Source: an uncultured Candidatus Saccharibacteria bacterium (GTDB lineage: Bacteria > Patescibacteriota > Minisyncoccia > Phycocordibacterales > Phycocordibacteraceae). Taken from it: DNA of 64,000 bases. Positions 19,078 to 28,813 of this stretch are shown here, piece by piece. How positions within the stretch are numbered: the first letter of the stretch is position 1; each line of letters begins with the position of its first letter. The notes under the pieces were generated by a model that was not told the origin of the DNA, ran no database searches, and saw nothing but the letters and a program-made list of their open reading frames with translations. The position numbers were made by a program, and so were the translations under genes. Where the stretch lies: assembly GCA_964546795.1 (NCBI GenBank), contig CAZJKG010000001.1, forward strand, positions 61,690 through 125,689. Reading direction: 5' to 3'.

Positions 19078-20110
19078 AGGAAAGGATGGGGGTTATGGAA
19101 CCAGCTTGTTCCGCGTGCGTGACGGCGGCGCGCTCGAACACGCGCAATTTCGCGCTTCGCGCGCGGCGATTCGCAAGGATTTCCGGACGTCCAGGCACAA
19201 TGGGCTTCTTCGGCGAAAGCGACCCTAATCCCGCAAGCGCCGCGTCGCGCAACGCGTTCTTCACAACGCGGTCCTCAATGCTATGGAAAGAGATGATGGC
19301 GAGCCGTCCAAGCGGCGCGAGCGCATCAATGGCCGCAGTAAGCCCTTCGCGCAGAGCGCCGATCTCATCGTTGACCGCGATACGGAGCGCCTGAAAGGTT
19401 TTAGTTGCCGGATGGATCTTGCGGTCGTGATACCACGCGGGAGTTCCGGCGAGAATGGCAGCAACGAGCGCGCCCGTCGTGAGAATGCGTCCACGAGAAC
19501 GTACCGCGACAATAGAGCGCGCAATGCTGCGCGCGAAGCGTTCTTCGCCGTACGTGAAGATAAGATCGGCAAGCGCTTCTTCGGAGGAACTGTTGACGAT
19601 ATCGGCGGCCGTCTCGCCTGTCCCGAGTCCGGCCGAGGGGCCTTCCTCGCCATACGTCATCAAAAGCGGTTCGTCGTTCTGAAATGAAAAACCTCTCGGT
19701 GCGGCAATTTGGTATCCGCTCCAGCCGAGATCGAAGAATATTTTATTGACTGGGCCGATACTGAGCCGTTCAAGGACGCGTGCAAGATTACGGAAATTAT
19801 CGTTCACCAAATGCGCAATAGGACGCTCATGCCGGCGATCTTCCGCATATGATTCGCGACCGCGCTCCACCGCTGCCCTGTCGGCATCAATGCCGACAAT
19901 GACGCCGCCCTCGCCGAGCGCGGCAAGAAACGCTGCAAAATGCCCCGCTCCACCAATGGTCGCATCCACAAGCGTATCGCCCGGCTCGACAGCAAGTGCC
20001 TCAAGGACTTCATGCATGAGTACGCTGTCGTGACGTACTTCTTTACCACGTGACACATACTGCTGTATGTGTGTTTTACGGGGCATATTATTTTTTACCG
20101 CCGGCATCAA
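19070..20110 (-). CDS. rsmH: 16S rRNA (cytosine1402-N4)-methyltransferase RsmH (MraW)
   Basis: HEPVLL.E.L......VDAT.GGAGH SAM-binding motif. Position after mraZ. Confidence 0.85.
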   Translation of the reverse strand: MMPAVKNNMPRKTHIQQYVSRGKEVRHDSVLMHEVLEALAVEPGDTLVDATIGGAGHFAAFLAALGEGGVIVGIDADRAAVERGRESYAEDRRHERPIAHLVNDNFRNLARVLERLSIGPVNKIFFDLGWSGYQIAAPRGFSFQNDEPLLMTYGEEGPSAGLGTGETAADIVNSSSEEALADLIFTYGEERFARSIARSIVAVRSRGRILTTGALVAAILAGTPAWYHDRKIHPATKTFQALRIAVNDEIGALREGLTAAIDALAPLGRLAIISFHSIEDRVVKNALRDAALAGLGSLSPKKPIVPGRPEILANRRARSAKLRVFERAAVTHAEQAGSITPILSYV

Positions 20111-20522
20111 GTGTTTCGGCGAATGTATCGGCGTTGCGCTCTATCGCGGCTGTGTATTTTTTCCACGCATGTTCTTCCCAAATCTCGACCCGGTCGGCCA
20201 CACCGGCGATAACCGCCATCTCTTTTATCGATGCAAACGATTTCAAATGTTCCGGTATCAGCACGCGGCCCGAGCGATCCACTTCACCTTCGGAAGAACC
20301 CGCAAGGAACAGACGCGCGAGGCCGCGACGGGCCGCACTCCCATTCACCTCTGCGGCATAGCTGCGCGCTTCCCTCTCCCATGCCTTGCGCGAATAGACA
20401 TTCAAACAATGATCAAGGCCGCGTGTTACCACAACCACGCGGCCCAAATCCTTCCGGAATTTCGAAGGTATCGAAATCCTATTTTTGGAATCAAAAGTGT
20501 GTAGGTATTCTCCGAGGAACAT
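20088..20522 (-). CDS. mraZ: transcriptional regulator MraZ
   Basis: MFLGEYLHTFDSKNRISIPSKFR and a second repeat (..GRVLIPE.L). Start taken at the internal ATG. Confidence 0.85.
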   Translation of the reverse strand: MFLGEYLHTFDSKNRISIPSKFRKDLGRVVVVTRGLDHCLNVYSRKAWEREARSYAAEVNGSAARRGLARLFLAGSSEGEVDRSGRVLIPEHLKSFASIKEMAVIAGVADRVEIWEEHAWKKYTAAIERNADTFAETLDAGGKK

Positions 20523-20564
20523 AGCAGAAGGCGGCGATGCGACTGGGAAAGAGGCCACCACTCC

Positions 20565-20620
20565 TTCTTCCCACTACATTCACCACTAGTGGAGTATATC
20601 CCACTCCACCCCACTACCCT
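20565..20620 (-). promoter_or_regulatory. putative MraZ operator: direct repeats of AGTGGG(A/G) with 10-bp spacing around a TATACT box
   Basis: On the mraZ sense strand: GTAGTGGGGTGGAGTGGGATATACTCCACTAGTGGTGAATGTAGTGGGAAG. Confidence 0.4.
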
Positions 20621-20698
20621 GCTCAAAGTTATCCACACCCAAAAACAGAGGTTCAACCTTATACATTCTGACTCCACTCTTACTGCTGGCCTTACTGG

Positions 20699-20738
20699 CT
20701 ATCCAAACCACAATGCGACCGCATTGTGATTTGGATAG
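20699..20738. repeat. palindrome family B, copy 1 (19-bp arms, 1 mismatch)
   Basis: CTATCCAAACCACAATGCG-AC-CGCATTGTGATTTGGATAG. Related copy at 63709-63752. Confidence 0.6.
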
Positions 20739-20775
20739 TGCCCACAATTTGTACTCAAAATGAAATATGGAGCCG

Positions 20776-22344
20776 TTATACTATGGCTTCGTTAAGACGC
20801 GTGATGACAAAATCACGAGGGAGGCCTGCAAGGAACCATCCGGCTTTGGGGCCTGAATCACGGTTCAAGAAAATCCGGTAAATCGCCTGAAAAAGCTCTT
20901 TGGGTTGTATGGGGATTTCGACTTTCAGTTCATGGAGACGCAAATGGAGTTCTTCGCCGGTACGTTCAGATGCCTGAAAAAATTCTGCAAGCATAGCGAG
21001 CGCGTTCTTTTGAGCATCAGAAAGCTCTACCTGCGGCATTTCCTCTTGGAGTTCGTATTTAAATTCTTCAGGCGCATACGTAGTGAGCCAGAACTTTGCA
21101 TACCGCGCGCGCTCCTCAAGCGCCCGCGTTTCGTCTTCCGTAAGGGCGCTACCCTTCGTTCGGGCGGCCTCTTCGTTAAGGGAGAGGTGTGCCATCTGTA
21201 CAATAAAAGCCACCTCCCGAAATCGCATCTGCCAAGGGGCGATAAGCGCCGCGCGCTTCTCAGGAAGTTCGCAAAGTGCGAAGAGGCGCGAATAGTCGTC
21301 CGCCTTCCCTGTACGCACGCCGTCCCCCAGTTCGTCATACCAGTCGTAGAGACGCGGTACCGATTCGCCGGAAGGATCCACATCTATCTGTTCGCGAATA
21401 TCCTTCCCGATAAGTGCAAGACGAAAGATCTCTGCAGGGAAAAGATCGCACATGTCTTTGGCGCTGCTGCCACGACCTTTTGAAGAGGACATTTTCTTCC
21501 CGCCGACAAGGAAGAATTCATATGGTATATCAAAGGGCGGCTCCTGACCGAACAGTTCACGGCACAAGTGATTTGCGACATCGCGTGAGCCGCCCTTTGT
21601 GGAATGGTCTTTGCCGCCACCCTCAATATCGACGCCTTGCGCGATCCACTTCGCCGCCCAATCAACTTTCCAGAAAAGTTTTGTCGTGCCCTTCCATGGC
21701 GTAATACGGCCCGTATGCCCGCAACTCGTTGTGCTATCTGGATTCTTGTCGCAGGCGTAGCCGACGGTCTCGCTGTCGTAGTCGTACGCGTGTGTCGTCA
21801 TCATCTTCCCGCACTTCTCACACACGACCGACACCGGGAGCCATGAGGCGTCCTTCTCGGACCCCGAGACCTCTTTCAAAATACGGCGGACATCATTCGC
21901 TCGTTCAAGTGCGATCTTGATATACGCGTCCATCTTCCCCGATTGGTAGAGTTCGGTCGCCCGATAGTAACTCGGCGTGAATCCGGCTTTTTTGTGCACC
22001 TCCATGAATTCAGCGCCGAAGTACTCTGCATAATTTTTGAAACCCGGTTCAGGACTTGGCACCTTATAGAGCGGCTTCCCGAGATGTTCTCTGAATATTC
22101 CTGCGTCAAGATAGTTCGGTATGGAATCAAACGGGTCAAAGTCGTTAAGCTCAAATCGGAACTCATTCTTGATGCCGTATTCCCCGAGGACTTCCGAAAT
22201 GAGCCCATGGATGGCAACGCCGCGCATCGAGCCCACATGCACCCGGCCGGAAAGCGTCTTTTCGTCCCGAATGATAAAAGTTTTCCCGTCAGTCGGTTTG
22301 CGCGTATCTCGTATCTCGCCGGCTATCCTATCGGCCCACAGCAT
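20776..22344 (-). CDS. lysS: lysyl-tRNA synthetase, class I (archaeal-type)
   Basis: ~520 aa. HVG (HIGH-like) near the N-terminus, KMSSSKG (KMSKS), and the Cys cluster C.KC......C...C typical of class I LysRS. Confidence 0.8.
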   Translation of the reverse strand: MLWADRIAGEIRDTRKPTDGKTFIIRDEKTLSGRVHVGSMRGVAIHGLISEVLGEYGIKNEFRFELNDFDPFDSIPNYLDAGIFREHLGKPLYKVPSPEPGFKNYAEYFGAEFMEVHKKAGFTPSYYRATELYQSGKMDAYIKIALERANDVRRILKEVSGSEKDASWLPVSVVCEKCGKMMTTHAYDYDSETVGYACDKNPDSTTSCGHTGRITPWKGTTKLFWKVDWAAKWIAQGVDIEGGGKDHSTKGGSRDVANHLCRELFGQEPPFDIPYEFFLVGGKKMSSSKGRGSSAKDMCDLFPAEIFRLALIGKDIREQIDVDPSGESVPRLYDWYDELGDGVRTGKADDYSRLFALCELPEKRAALIAPWQMRFREVAFIVQMAHLSLNEEAARTKGSALTEDETRALEERARYAKFWLTTYAPEEFKYELQEEMPQVELSDAQKNALAMLAEFFQASERTGEELHLRLHELKVEIPIQPKELFQAIYRIFLNRDSGPKAGWFLAGLPRDFVITRLNEAIV

Positions 22345-22378
22345 AAGCGTATCGTATCACGCCGTCTTACGCGCACGC

Positions 22379-24064
22379 TTACGCGGATTGCGCTGGAAAT
22401 TCAACGATGAAGGTTGAGCCCTTGTCGGGGCCGTCGGAGGTGCAGGTGATGGTCCCGCCGTGCGCTTCCACGATATTCTTGGCGATATAAAGACCGTAAC
22501 CGGTGGAATGGATATTCGTTTTCTGCGAATCCTTGCCATGACCGCCCTCGGTGAAAAGATTCTTTTTATCTTCATCGCTGATGCCGACGCCGGTATCCGT
22601 AATAGTGAAAACAATTTTTCCTGTCCCGAGCCCGGCCGAGGGAGCATTCTCTTTTTTCAAGGAAGCGGTAATTGTACCTGCAGGCGTATAGTTGACGGCA
22701 TTCTCAATGAGGTTCCGGAACACATTGTCGGCGATTTTTTCCTTATCGCCGCTCAAGGTGTATGGAGCACCGGAATCATCCGCTGAAAATGAGAGAGTTA
22801 GATTCTTTTCTTTTGCCGTCGGCTGCTCTTTCTCTATAACCTCCGCAATGACCGCCTTGAGGTCAAAAGGCGCTTTTGCATACGTTATCGTTCCCTTCTT
22901 TTGGTTGGCAGCAGTGAGGATATCCGTCACCGAACGAACGCCGTCGCGCGATTGTATGAGCGCGCGAGTAACGAACGGCTTCAGCGGCTCCGGTAATGCT
23001 CCAAAATCACCGTCGGAGAGCGAAGCGAATGCCCCGGCATCTTTGGTCAAAAATCCTTTCACTTCGTGCCCGATAAAGTGAATGAGTCCTTCCTGCCGTT
23101 CATTTGTCTGCTCAAGTTCCACGGCGAGTATCTCGATATGCTCGCGCTGCTCGATTTCTCGTTTGACGCTTCGAACCAAAAATATACCGCTCAACGCGAA
23201 TGCTATGAGTGTTACTGCTGTCAAAAGAAAGTCCTCGGGTACCGTACTATAGAACAAGCGTGCGCCAATAAGGAATACAATTACCCAAACCAGTGCTTGT
23301 GTAGCAAGCAGTTTCACATTAAATGCATGGTACTGGACAATCATATAAGTTAGCAGGACCAAAAACAGGAGCATCCCAAGAGGTCCCCATAAGTTGAATT
23401 CATAAACTCGAGTTATTTCTCCATAAAAATTTGAAAGGAAGAATATTCCTAAAAATAACGCTATTCCTGTGGTAAGAACGGTTATCTGATTCTTGAAATG
23501 CTTATCAGTGGCCTTTCGGTAAGCACTGATGCCAAGGATTATCATGAACGCGATTGCTCCTGGCTCAAGAGCATATAATAGTTGCCAGAGTGTCCCATTG
23601 ATACCTTCACAGTTGTACACATCGTAGGATGTGGCGTTGAATGCTGTTGGTGTAACCACAATGACACCGAGTATAAGCATTCCTAACACGATTTTCCCTA
23701 TAAATGGGATGTCTTGTTTGTAAAAAAAAACATACGCAAAATAAAAAATGCTCAAGAAGATGCTTACTTCAAAAATAGCGGTTAACTGCCAAGAAAAGAA
23801 TAGAACTGTATGGTAGGAAGCAACCCACTGAACAAGTATATTTGCTACCCAGAGTACAAACGATAGCGTTAGCACTAAAAGGAGTCTTGCTTGAAGCAAC
23901 TTCTTATTGTTCCAAACCACATAAAAAGCCACTAATAGAGCCGCAATAATAATTGGAATATAAGAATAGAAAAGAAATGGTGGGGCCGTTGAGAAATCAA
24001 AAAGGCCAAGAAAAGACGGTGCCTCCTCCCCGCAAATAATCTGTCCTAGTTCTGTGAATGGCAT
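22379..24064 (-). CDS. sensor histidine kinase with ~7-TM N-terminal domain
   Basis: Multiple N-terminal TM helices, an H-box IGHEVKG, and HATPase_c G-boxes (GYGLYIAK.IVEAHGG). No response regulator adjacent. Confidence 0.75.
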   Translation of the reverse strand: MPFTELGQIICGEEAPSFLGLFDFSTAPPFLFYSYIPIIIAALLVAFYVVWNNKKLLQARLLLVLTLSFVLWVANILVQWVASYHTVLFFSWQLTAIFEVSIFLSIFYFAYVFFYKQDIPFIGKIVLGMLILGVIVVTPTAFNATSYDVYNCEGINGTLWQLLYALEPGAIAFMIILGISAYRKATDKHFKNQITVLTTGIALFLGIFFLSNFYGEITRVYEFNLWGPLGMLLFLVLLTYMIVQYHAFNVKLLATQALVWVIVFLIGARLFYSTVPEDFLLTAVTLIAFALSGIFLVRSVKREIEQREHIEILAVELEQTNERQEGLIHFIGHEVKGFLTKDAGAFASLSDGDFGALPEPLKPFVTRALIQSRDGVRSVTDILTAANQKKGTITYAKAPFDLKAVIAEVIEKEQPTAKEKNLTLSFSADDSGAPYTLSGDKEKIADNVFRNLIENAVNYTPAGTITASLKKENAPSAGLGTGKIVFTITDTGVGISDEDKKNLFTEGGHGKDSQKTNIHSTGYGLYIAKNIVEAHGGTITCTSDGPDKGSTFIVEFPAQSA

Positions 24065-24066
24065 AA

Positions 24067-24207
24067 CTATTCAAGACTTTCTTCGAGTTCGCCTTCTATA
24101 TTAATAACCGTGAATTCCCCTAAGACTACTGTTCTGTAGTAAGTGATAGCGACTGCAATAACCAGTGCGACCAGAATCACGGTAATAAGGGCTCTTTCTT
24201 TACTCAT
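24067..24207 (-). CDS. hypothetical 46-aa membrane peptide
   Basis: MSKERALITVILVALVIAVAITYY... Its stop abuts the kinase start. Confidence 0.2.
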   Translation of the reverse strand: MSKERALITVILVALVIAVAITYYRTVVLGEFTVINIEGELEESLE

Positions 24208-24216
24208 GGTCAATTG

Positions 24217-25149
24217 CTATTCTATCACGCTGGAAACAACAATTGACGATACTGTGAACTTCTTTAAAAAGGAAACTGGTCGATATTTCATCTTTGATTT
24301 TCTCAAATTTTCTATTCCCAAATCCTGTTCAAAATTCCATAAGGTTAATCCCCTGCTGTTTAAATACTTGGCTATCGAGTACAGTAAAAAGTCGTATATT
24401 CCTGTTTTCTGAGTATCAGCTTTCCAGAAATGTCCTATGCAATAGTCATCTGTAAGTATTTCTTCTATGGAAAAAGCAATGGTGTTGGATTCATTCGAGA
24501 TGGTAGTAATGATGAACTTATGATCATTTTTTAATGAATTGAGTAGTCGAGAAAGAGCTATTCTTTCTTTATGAACTTCAAATTCTTTCCCTTTGGCAAT
24601 TTTGTCCGCTCCCCATAAATCAAGAAGATTTAAAATATGATCTTTCAATCCACTTTCGTTTTTATCTTTCACTTCTACATGATACTGCGAATATAGCTCC
24701 GAAAACTTTCTGACGTTTCGTCGCAAATCTTTAAAAGACCCGCCTTCGAGACGACTTAATGATGGGATATCTAAAATATAGTCAAAATTATTGCGGTCCT
24801 CCATAACCAAAAACTCCTTGTTGTTAGAGTCAGGTATCGAGACCTCGGGAATCAATTCTAGTGACTTCAATAGCTCGTGTTTTTCAGCATAGCCAAGTAA
24901 CGATATTATTGTCTCTTCAATTTTGTTACTTCCTAGAAACGAAAGAAACTGTTCACTTGTGGTGTAGTCCGTGAGGCGGGCAACAAGGTTGCCGTTAAGT
25001 TCTGAAACCATGCGCTCGTCACTGGTATCCCACGCCCACAGACTCGTGAAGTTAAAATCTGAATACGGTGGATACTGGCAAGTGTATGACTCGACTGCTT
25101 TCCTATCATTGACCTCAATTTTCTTAAATTCAGGGAACGTGGGAATCAT
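24217..25149 (-). CDS. DUF2156 (MprF C-terminal / LPG_synthase_C-like) domain protein, putative aminoacyl-tRNA-dependent transferase
   Basis: SDFNFTSLWAWD, FDYILD...L.GG.FKDLRRNVRKF, and HFWKAD...GIYDFL......L...G.TLWNFEQDLGIENLRKSK.KY.P match the DUF2156 consensus. The region is AT-rich. Confidence 0.55.
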   Translation of the reverse strand: MIPTFPEFKKIEVNDRKAVESYTCQYPPYSDFNFTSLWAWDTSDERMVSELNGNLVARLTDYTTSEQFLSFLGSNKIEETIISLLGYAEKHELLKSLELIPEVSIPDSNNKEFLVMEDRNNFDYILDIPSLSRLEGGSFKDLRRNVRKFSELYSQYHVEVKDKNESGLKDHILNLLDLWGADKIAKGKEFEVHKERIALSRLLNSLKNDHKFIITTISNESNTIAFSIEEILTDDYCIGHFWKADTQKTGIYDFLLYSIAKYLNSRGLTLWNFEQDLGIENLRKSKMKYRPVSFLKKFTVSSIVVSSVIE

Positions 25150-25153
25150 CGAG

Positions 25154-25546
25154 TTAAACTAGGTTATGCGCTGGATACTTAAGACCTCGTTTGATGAAAT
25201 GGACCTCTACTTCCTCCAGATAGAATTTTTTCTTAAAAAAGTCGACTATAAACTCTTGGTCCATGCCATTTTGGCAGGTGTAAACGTCTGCTGAGACAAA
25301 TCGTCGCTTTGGGAACGTATGAATGCTGATGTGACTTTCTGCGATGATAACGAAGCCACTCCACCCGCCCGAATCTTTGATATGGTTGTCCGGTGCAGGG
25401 ACGACGTGCGGCTTCATGAGCGGACGCATCCGGAGCGCGTCACAAAGCTCGGTAAGAGTAGAGAAAACAGCTTCTTCACTGTCGAGGCGAACCGGATCCC
25501 CGCCATAGCCGTCAATAGTTATATGTTCACCGAAGTGGGCTGCCAT
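25154..25546 (-). CDS. speH: S-adenosylmethionine decarboxylase proenzyme (class 1b, pyruvoyl-dependent)
   Basis: ESHISIHTFPK processing/active-site motif; ~130 aa. Confidence 0.75.
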   Translation of the reverse strand: MAAHFGEHITIDGYGGDPVRLDSEEAVFSTLTELCDALRMRPLMKPHVVPAPDNHIKDSGGWSGFVIIAESHISIHTFPKRRFVSADVYTCQNGMDQEFIVDFFKKKFYLEEVEVHFIKRGLKYPAHNLV

Positions 25547-25626
25547 GCACCTTTATTATATCACCCATTACGTCAACGACAATTTAAAACAAAACCGGCA
25601 ACGATGCGTGTGCATCATTGCCGGCC

Positions 25627-26196
25627 TCAAAACAATTTTACAACCAGGTCATACCCGAGCCAGTTGAGAACTGGAGAAACGTACGGCATGAGCCATCTCC
25701 TGAAAACTTCGATGGCACCAAAGACGAGCGCTCCCCAATACAGATTACTGATCACAATGGCTCCCCAGAAGATCTTCCAGTCTCGTGGGGTCATGGTATG
25801 GTTCTCACTCCCCCGCCGCATATACACGACTGCGATGAACGCGTCGTACTTAATGCAGAGGAAAAGGAAGGCCATAGCGTCGCCACGATCGGCAATTCGC
25901 TGGAAGAACTTTCTGACTTTCCCTGTCGCCTCTCCGTCGCGTACGAGCTTAATCGTCTCAATACCGAGCCAGTCTTGGCCTGTCAGGTCGTAGAACCACA
26001 GGCACCCGAGACAAAGCGCAATTGAGCCGGCGACTGCGTAGAGCCACCCGAGAGCTAGACCATAGACCGCAATAAGATAGGGGTAAACCACGAAGTTGTA
26101 CCCCACTGCCATTGCAGTGTTAGCGGTAAGACCAAGGACTAAGATGCCGATTCGCTTCCAGAAGCGAATCGGGTGATTCGCTTTCTCGAGCGCCAT
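25627..26196 (-). CDS. hypothetical polytopic membrane protein
   Basis: 4-5 predicted TM helices, no motif recognised. Confidence 0.4.
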   Translation of the reverse strand: MALEKANHPIRFWKRIGILVLGLTANTAMAVGYNFVVYPYLIAVYGLALGWLYAVAGSIALCLGCLWFYDLTGQDWLGIETIKLVRDGEATGKVRKFFQRIADRGDAMAFLFLCIKYDAFIAVVYMRRGSENHTMTPRDWKIFWGAIVISNLYWGALVFGAIEVFRRWLMPYVSPVLNWLGYDLVVKLF

Positions 26197-26305
26197 CTGA
26201 CAGCTCCTTTCTGCTCCGGAATGTTAAGAACACCGCATTCAGGAAAGTCCCCGAATGCCACCCGATTGCACTATAGCACACCAAATAAAAAATGCAAGTG
26301 TTATT

Positions 26306-26794
26306 TTATGCTACTTTCTCGATGGTATAGGTCTGTTTGCCGGATGGGGTCTCAAACGTGAACACGTCCCCTTTCTTCTTCCCCATTAATGCGGCTCCCA
26401 AGGGCGAAACATGCGAAAGTTTTTTCACGCGCATATCGGCCTCTTCACTGCCGACGATGACATATTCATGCAAGTCCTCATTTCCCTCTTTCTTAATGGA
26501 TACTTTGGAGCCGAAACTGACTTCATTCTTCTTCTTTCCGTCGGTGATGATCTTCGTGTACTTCACGAGTTCTTCAAGTTTTTTGATGCGCTCCTCGGTC
26601 GCCGCTTGCAGATCGCGCGCCTCTTGATACTCGGCATTTTCCGAGAGGTCGCCGAGTGAACGGGCATACTCAAGATTCTTGGCAATCTCGGTGCGGCGCA
26701 CCGTCTTCAAATTCTCAAGCTCCTTTATCATCTCGTCGAATTTTTCCTGCGAGACGAGTGTGTCTTGTGCATCAGGCATACGTAGTGCGTGCAT
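26306..26794 (-). CDS. greA: transcription elongation factor GreA
   Basis: N-terminal coiled-coil with acidic tip, and a C-terminal FKBP-like domain (GS.VS..........Y.IVGS.EAD....KLS..SP.G.AL.GKK.GD). Confidence 0.85.
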   Translation of the reverse strand: MHALRMPDAQDTLVSQEKFDEMIKELENLKTVRRTEIAKNLEYARSLGDLSENAEYQEARDLQAATEERIKKLEELVKYTKIITDGKKKNEVSFGSKVSIKKEGNEDLHEYVIVGSEEADMRVKKLSHVSPLGAALMGKKKGDVFTFETPSGKQTYTIEKVA

Positions 26795-26829
26795 TGTACG
26801 CGAGCGCTGCAGGAGCGCAAGCCATTGCG

Positions 26830-28497
26830 CTAATCGGTATAAGGAGAATGTTCGGCGTGGAGCGATTCAAAGAATTGTCTCATGACATTGACCGCTTGAC
26901 TGCCCGAACCTTCTGGACCGCGTTCAAGCACGACTGCGAAAGCATACTGCGGCTGATTGTACGGAAAAAAACCAATTACCCATGAATTGTCATATTGATT
27001 GCGCACACCTGTTTGCGCCGTGCCGGTCTTTGCTGCCACTGCTATGTAAGGGAGATTGATTGCACCCGCGAGCGCGTTCGTGACGGTCTGTCGCATACCC
27101 TCACGCACCACCGAAAACGCAGAGACGGATACGGGCACGGTTGTATAGGTTGGCGTTTGTCCTGTGCGCGCGCTTGGTACGAAAAGTTTTCCGTCGTTCG
27201 CTACCGCAGCGATCGCCCGCACCATTTGTATCGGCGTTACCTGTACCGAGTATTGCCCGATGGCCGTGAAGTATGTGTCACCGAGGTACCACGGCTCGTT
27301 GAAAATCTCCCGTTTCCATGCGGGAGTCGGGATGAGTCCGTCCGCCTCCTCGGGCAAGTCAATGCCCGTCTGGCTTCCAAGACCGAATTGCCGGTACCAA
27401 TAATCAAGCCGGTCGATACCGAGACCTTTCTGATTTCCAAATCCGCCGCCGACGGTATAGAAAAAGATGTCCGAGGACCAAGCAATGGCCTTTCTCACAT
27501 CCACCGGACCAAGCGCCTTCCAACCCTTGTAAATGAAGTTCTCTCCCGGATGATACGGGTCCGGCAAAGAGAGAAATCCGGGATCGTTGATGACGGTGTT
27601 GGGAGTGATGAGACCGTCGGTGAGCGCACCAGACGCGACAAACGGCTTCACGATGGAGCCGGGCGCATAGACGCCCTGCACGGCATGATCAAGAAATGGA
27701 TGTCCGGGATTTGCATTATAGCCAGCGATGGTTACGGACGGACCGCCATCCGACATCACATTCGGGTCGTAGCTTGGATAGGAGACGATGGCGCGCACCT
27801 CGCCGGTATGCACATCCATGATGACACCCGCGCCGGCGATGAAACGGGTCTTGCTTGCAATGTCTGCAATGGCGCGCGCAAACGCCCGCTGAAGATCGGC
27901 GTCGATCGACAACTGGACCGTTTTTCCTTCCTCTGCCGGAACAACAATTCCCTCGGAACGAACCTGGCCAAATGCATCCGTCTCGGTCAAAAGCTGTCCG
28001 TTCTTCCCGGCAAGAAGCGAATTGTATTGGGCCTCTATGCCGGCAAGACCTGTCTCGCTCGTATCGTAATATATTCCTCTTGAGTCCTTCTTCGGATAGG
28101 AAACGTAACCGATGATCTGGCTCAAAGAAGGTATCGGATAATTGCGTCCGACGCTGCCATCGGATTTCTCTACATTTTCAGCAAGTACAACGCCATACAT
28201 GTCGGTGATGATGCCTCTCGGAGCAAAGAGTGTCGTGACTTCAAGCGAGTTATGTGCGCTCTCTGCGGCAAAGACGGAACCGTTTGTTATCTGGAGATTC
28301 CAGGAGCGAACAATGAGAATGAGGAAGAGGAGCGCGAGCATGCCGGCAAGCGAAAAGAATGTTCCCTGCGGCAGCGGTTTCTCTATCCTCCCCTCGAAGC
28401 GCGCATGATTGAACTCTTGTGTATTTGACGCATCAAGAAATATCTCATCGGGAGCGATCTCCGGATCTCGCCTCCTCTTTCTGCGCCATCCCATCAT
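26830..28497 (-). CDS. mrdA: penicillin-binding protein 2 (elongasome transpeptidase)
   Basis: TM anchor, SIVKPF (SxxK), KTGTAQ. Directly downstream of mreBCD. Confidence 0.8.
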   Translation of the reverse strand: MMGWRRKRRRDPEIAPDEIFLDASNTQEFNHARFEGRIEKPLPQGTFFSLAGMLALLFLILIVRSWNLQITNGSVFAAESAHNSLEVTTLFAPRGIITDMYGVVLAENVEKSDGSVGRNYPIPSLSQIIGYVSYPKKDSRGIYYDTSETGLAGIEAQYNSLLAGKNGQLLTETDAFGQVRSEGIVVPAEEGKTVQLSIDADLQRAFARAIADIASKTRFIAGAGVIMDVHTGEVRAIVSYPSYDPNVMSDGGPSVTIAGYNANPGHPFLDHAVQGVYAPGSIVKPFVASGALTDGLITPNTVINDPGFLSLPDPYHPGENFIYKGWKALGPVDVRKAIAWSSDIFFYTVGGGFGNQKGLGIDRLDYWYRQFGLGSQTGIDLPEEADGLIPTPAWKREIFNEPWYLGDTYFTAIGQYSVQVTPIQMVRAIAAVANDGKLFVPSARTGQTPTYTTVPVSVSAFSVVREGMRQTVTNALAGAINLPYIAVAAKTGTAQTGVRNQYDNSWVIGFFPYNQPQYAFAVVLERGPEGSGSQAVNVMRQFFESLHAEHSPYTD

Positions 28498-28555
28498 TCC
28501 CCAATAATACTCGCCCCGTTAGAGATAGGAAGTGCTTGAGATATGTGTATAAATA

Positions 28556-28813
28556 TCATAAATCTCTAACCGGGCTCGACCTGAGACGGCTACGCACGAA
28601 CAGCATACTAAAGGTAAGAATGGTCCCGCAGATGGTAAAGAGCGGTAGGGTGTACGCATGAGGAGCGTAATAAAGCGTATCGGCGAATATACCGATAGCG
28701 AGCGGCACGAGCGGTTCCGTAAACGAAGAGACGAACGCGAGTGCGGCTGTAAGAGGCCACGGAAACAGTACCGCGGATATAAAAGTGAGGAGTGTAAGTA
28801 TGCCCTGCGTCAT
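28556..28813 (-). CDS. mreD: MreD-like small membrane protein
   Basis: 85 aa with 2-3 TM helices, between mreC and pbp2. Confidence 0.4.
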   Translation of the reverse strand: MTQGILTLLTFISAVLFPWPLTAALAFVSSFTEPLVPLAIGIFADTLYYAPHAYTLPLFTICGTILTFSMLFVRSRLRSSPVRDL

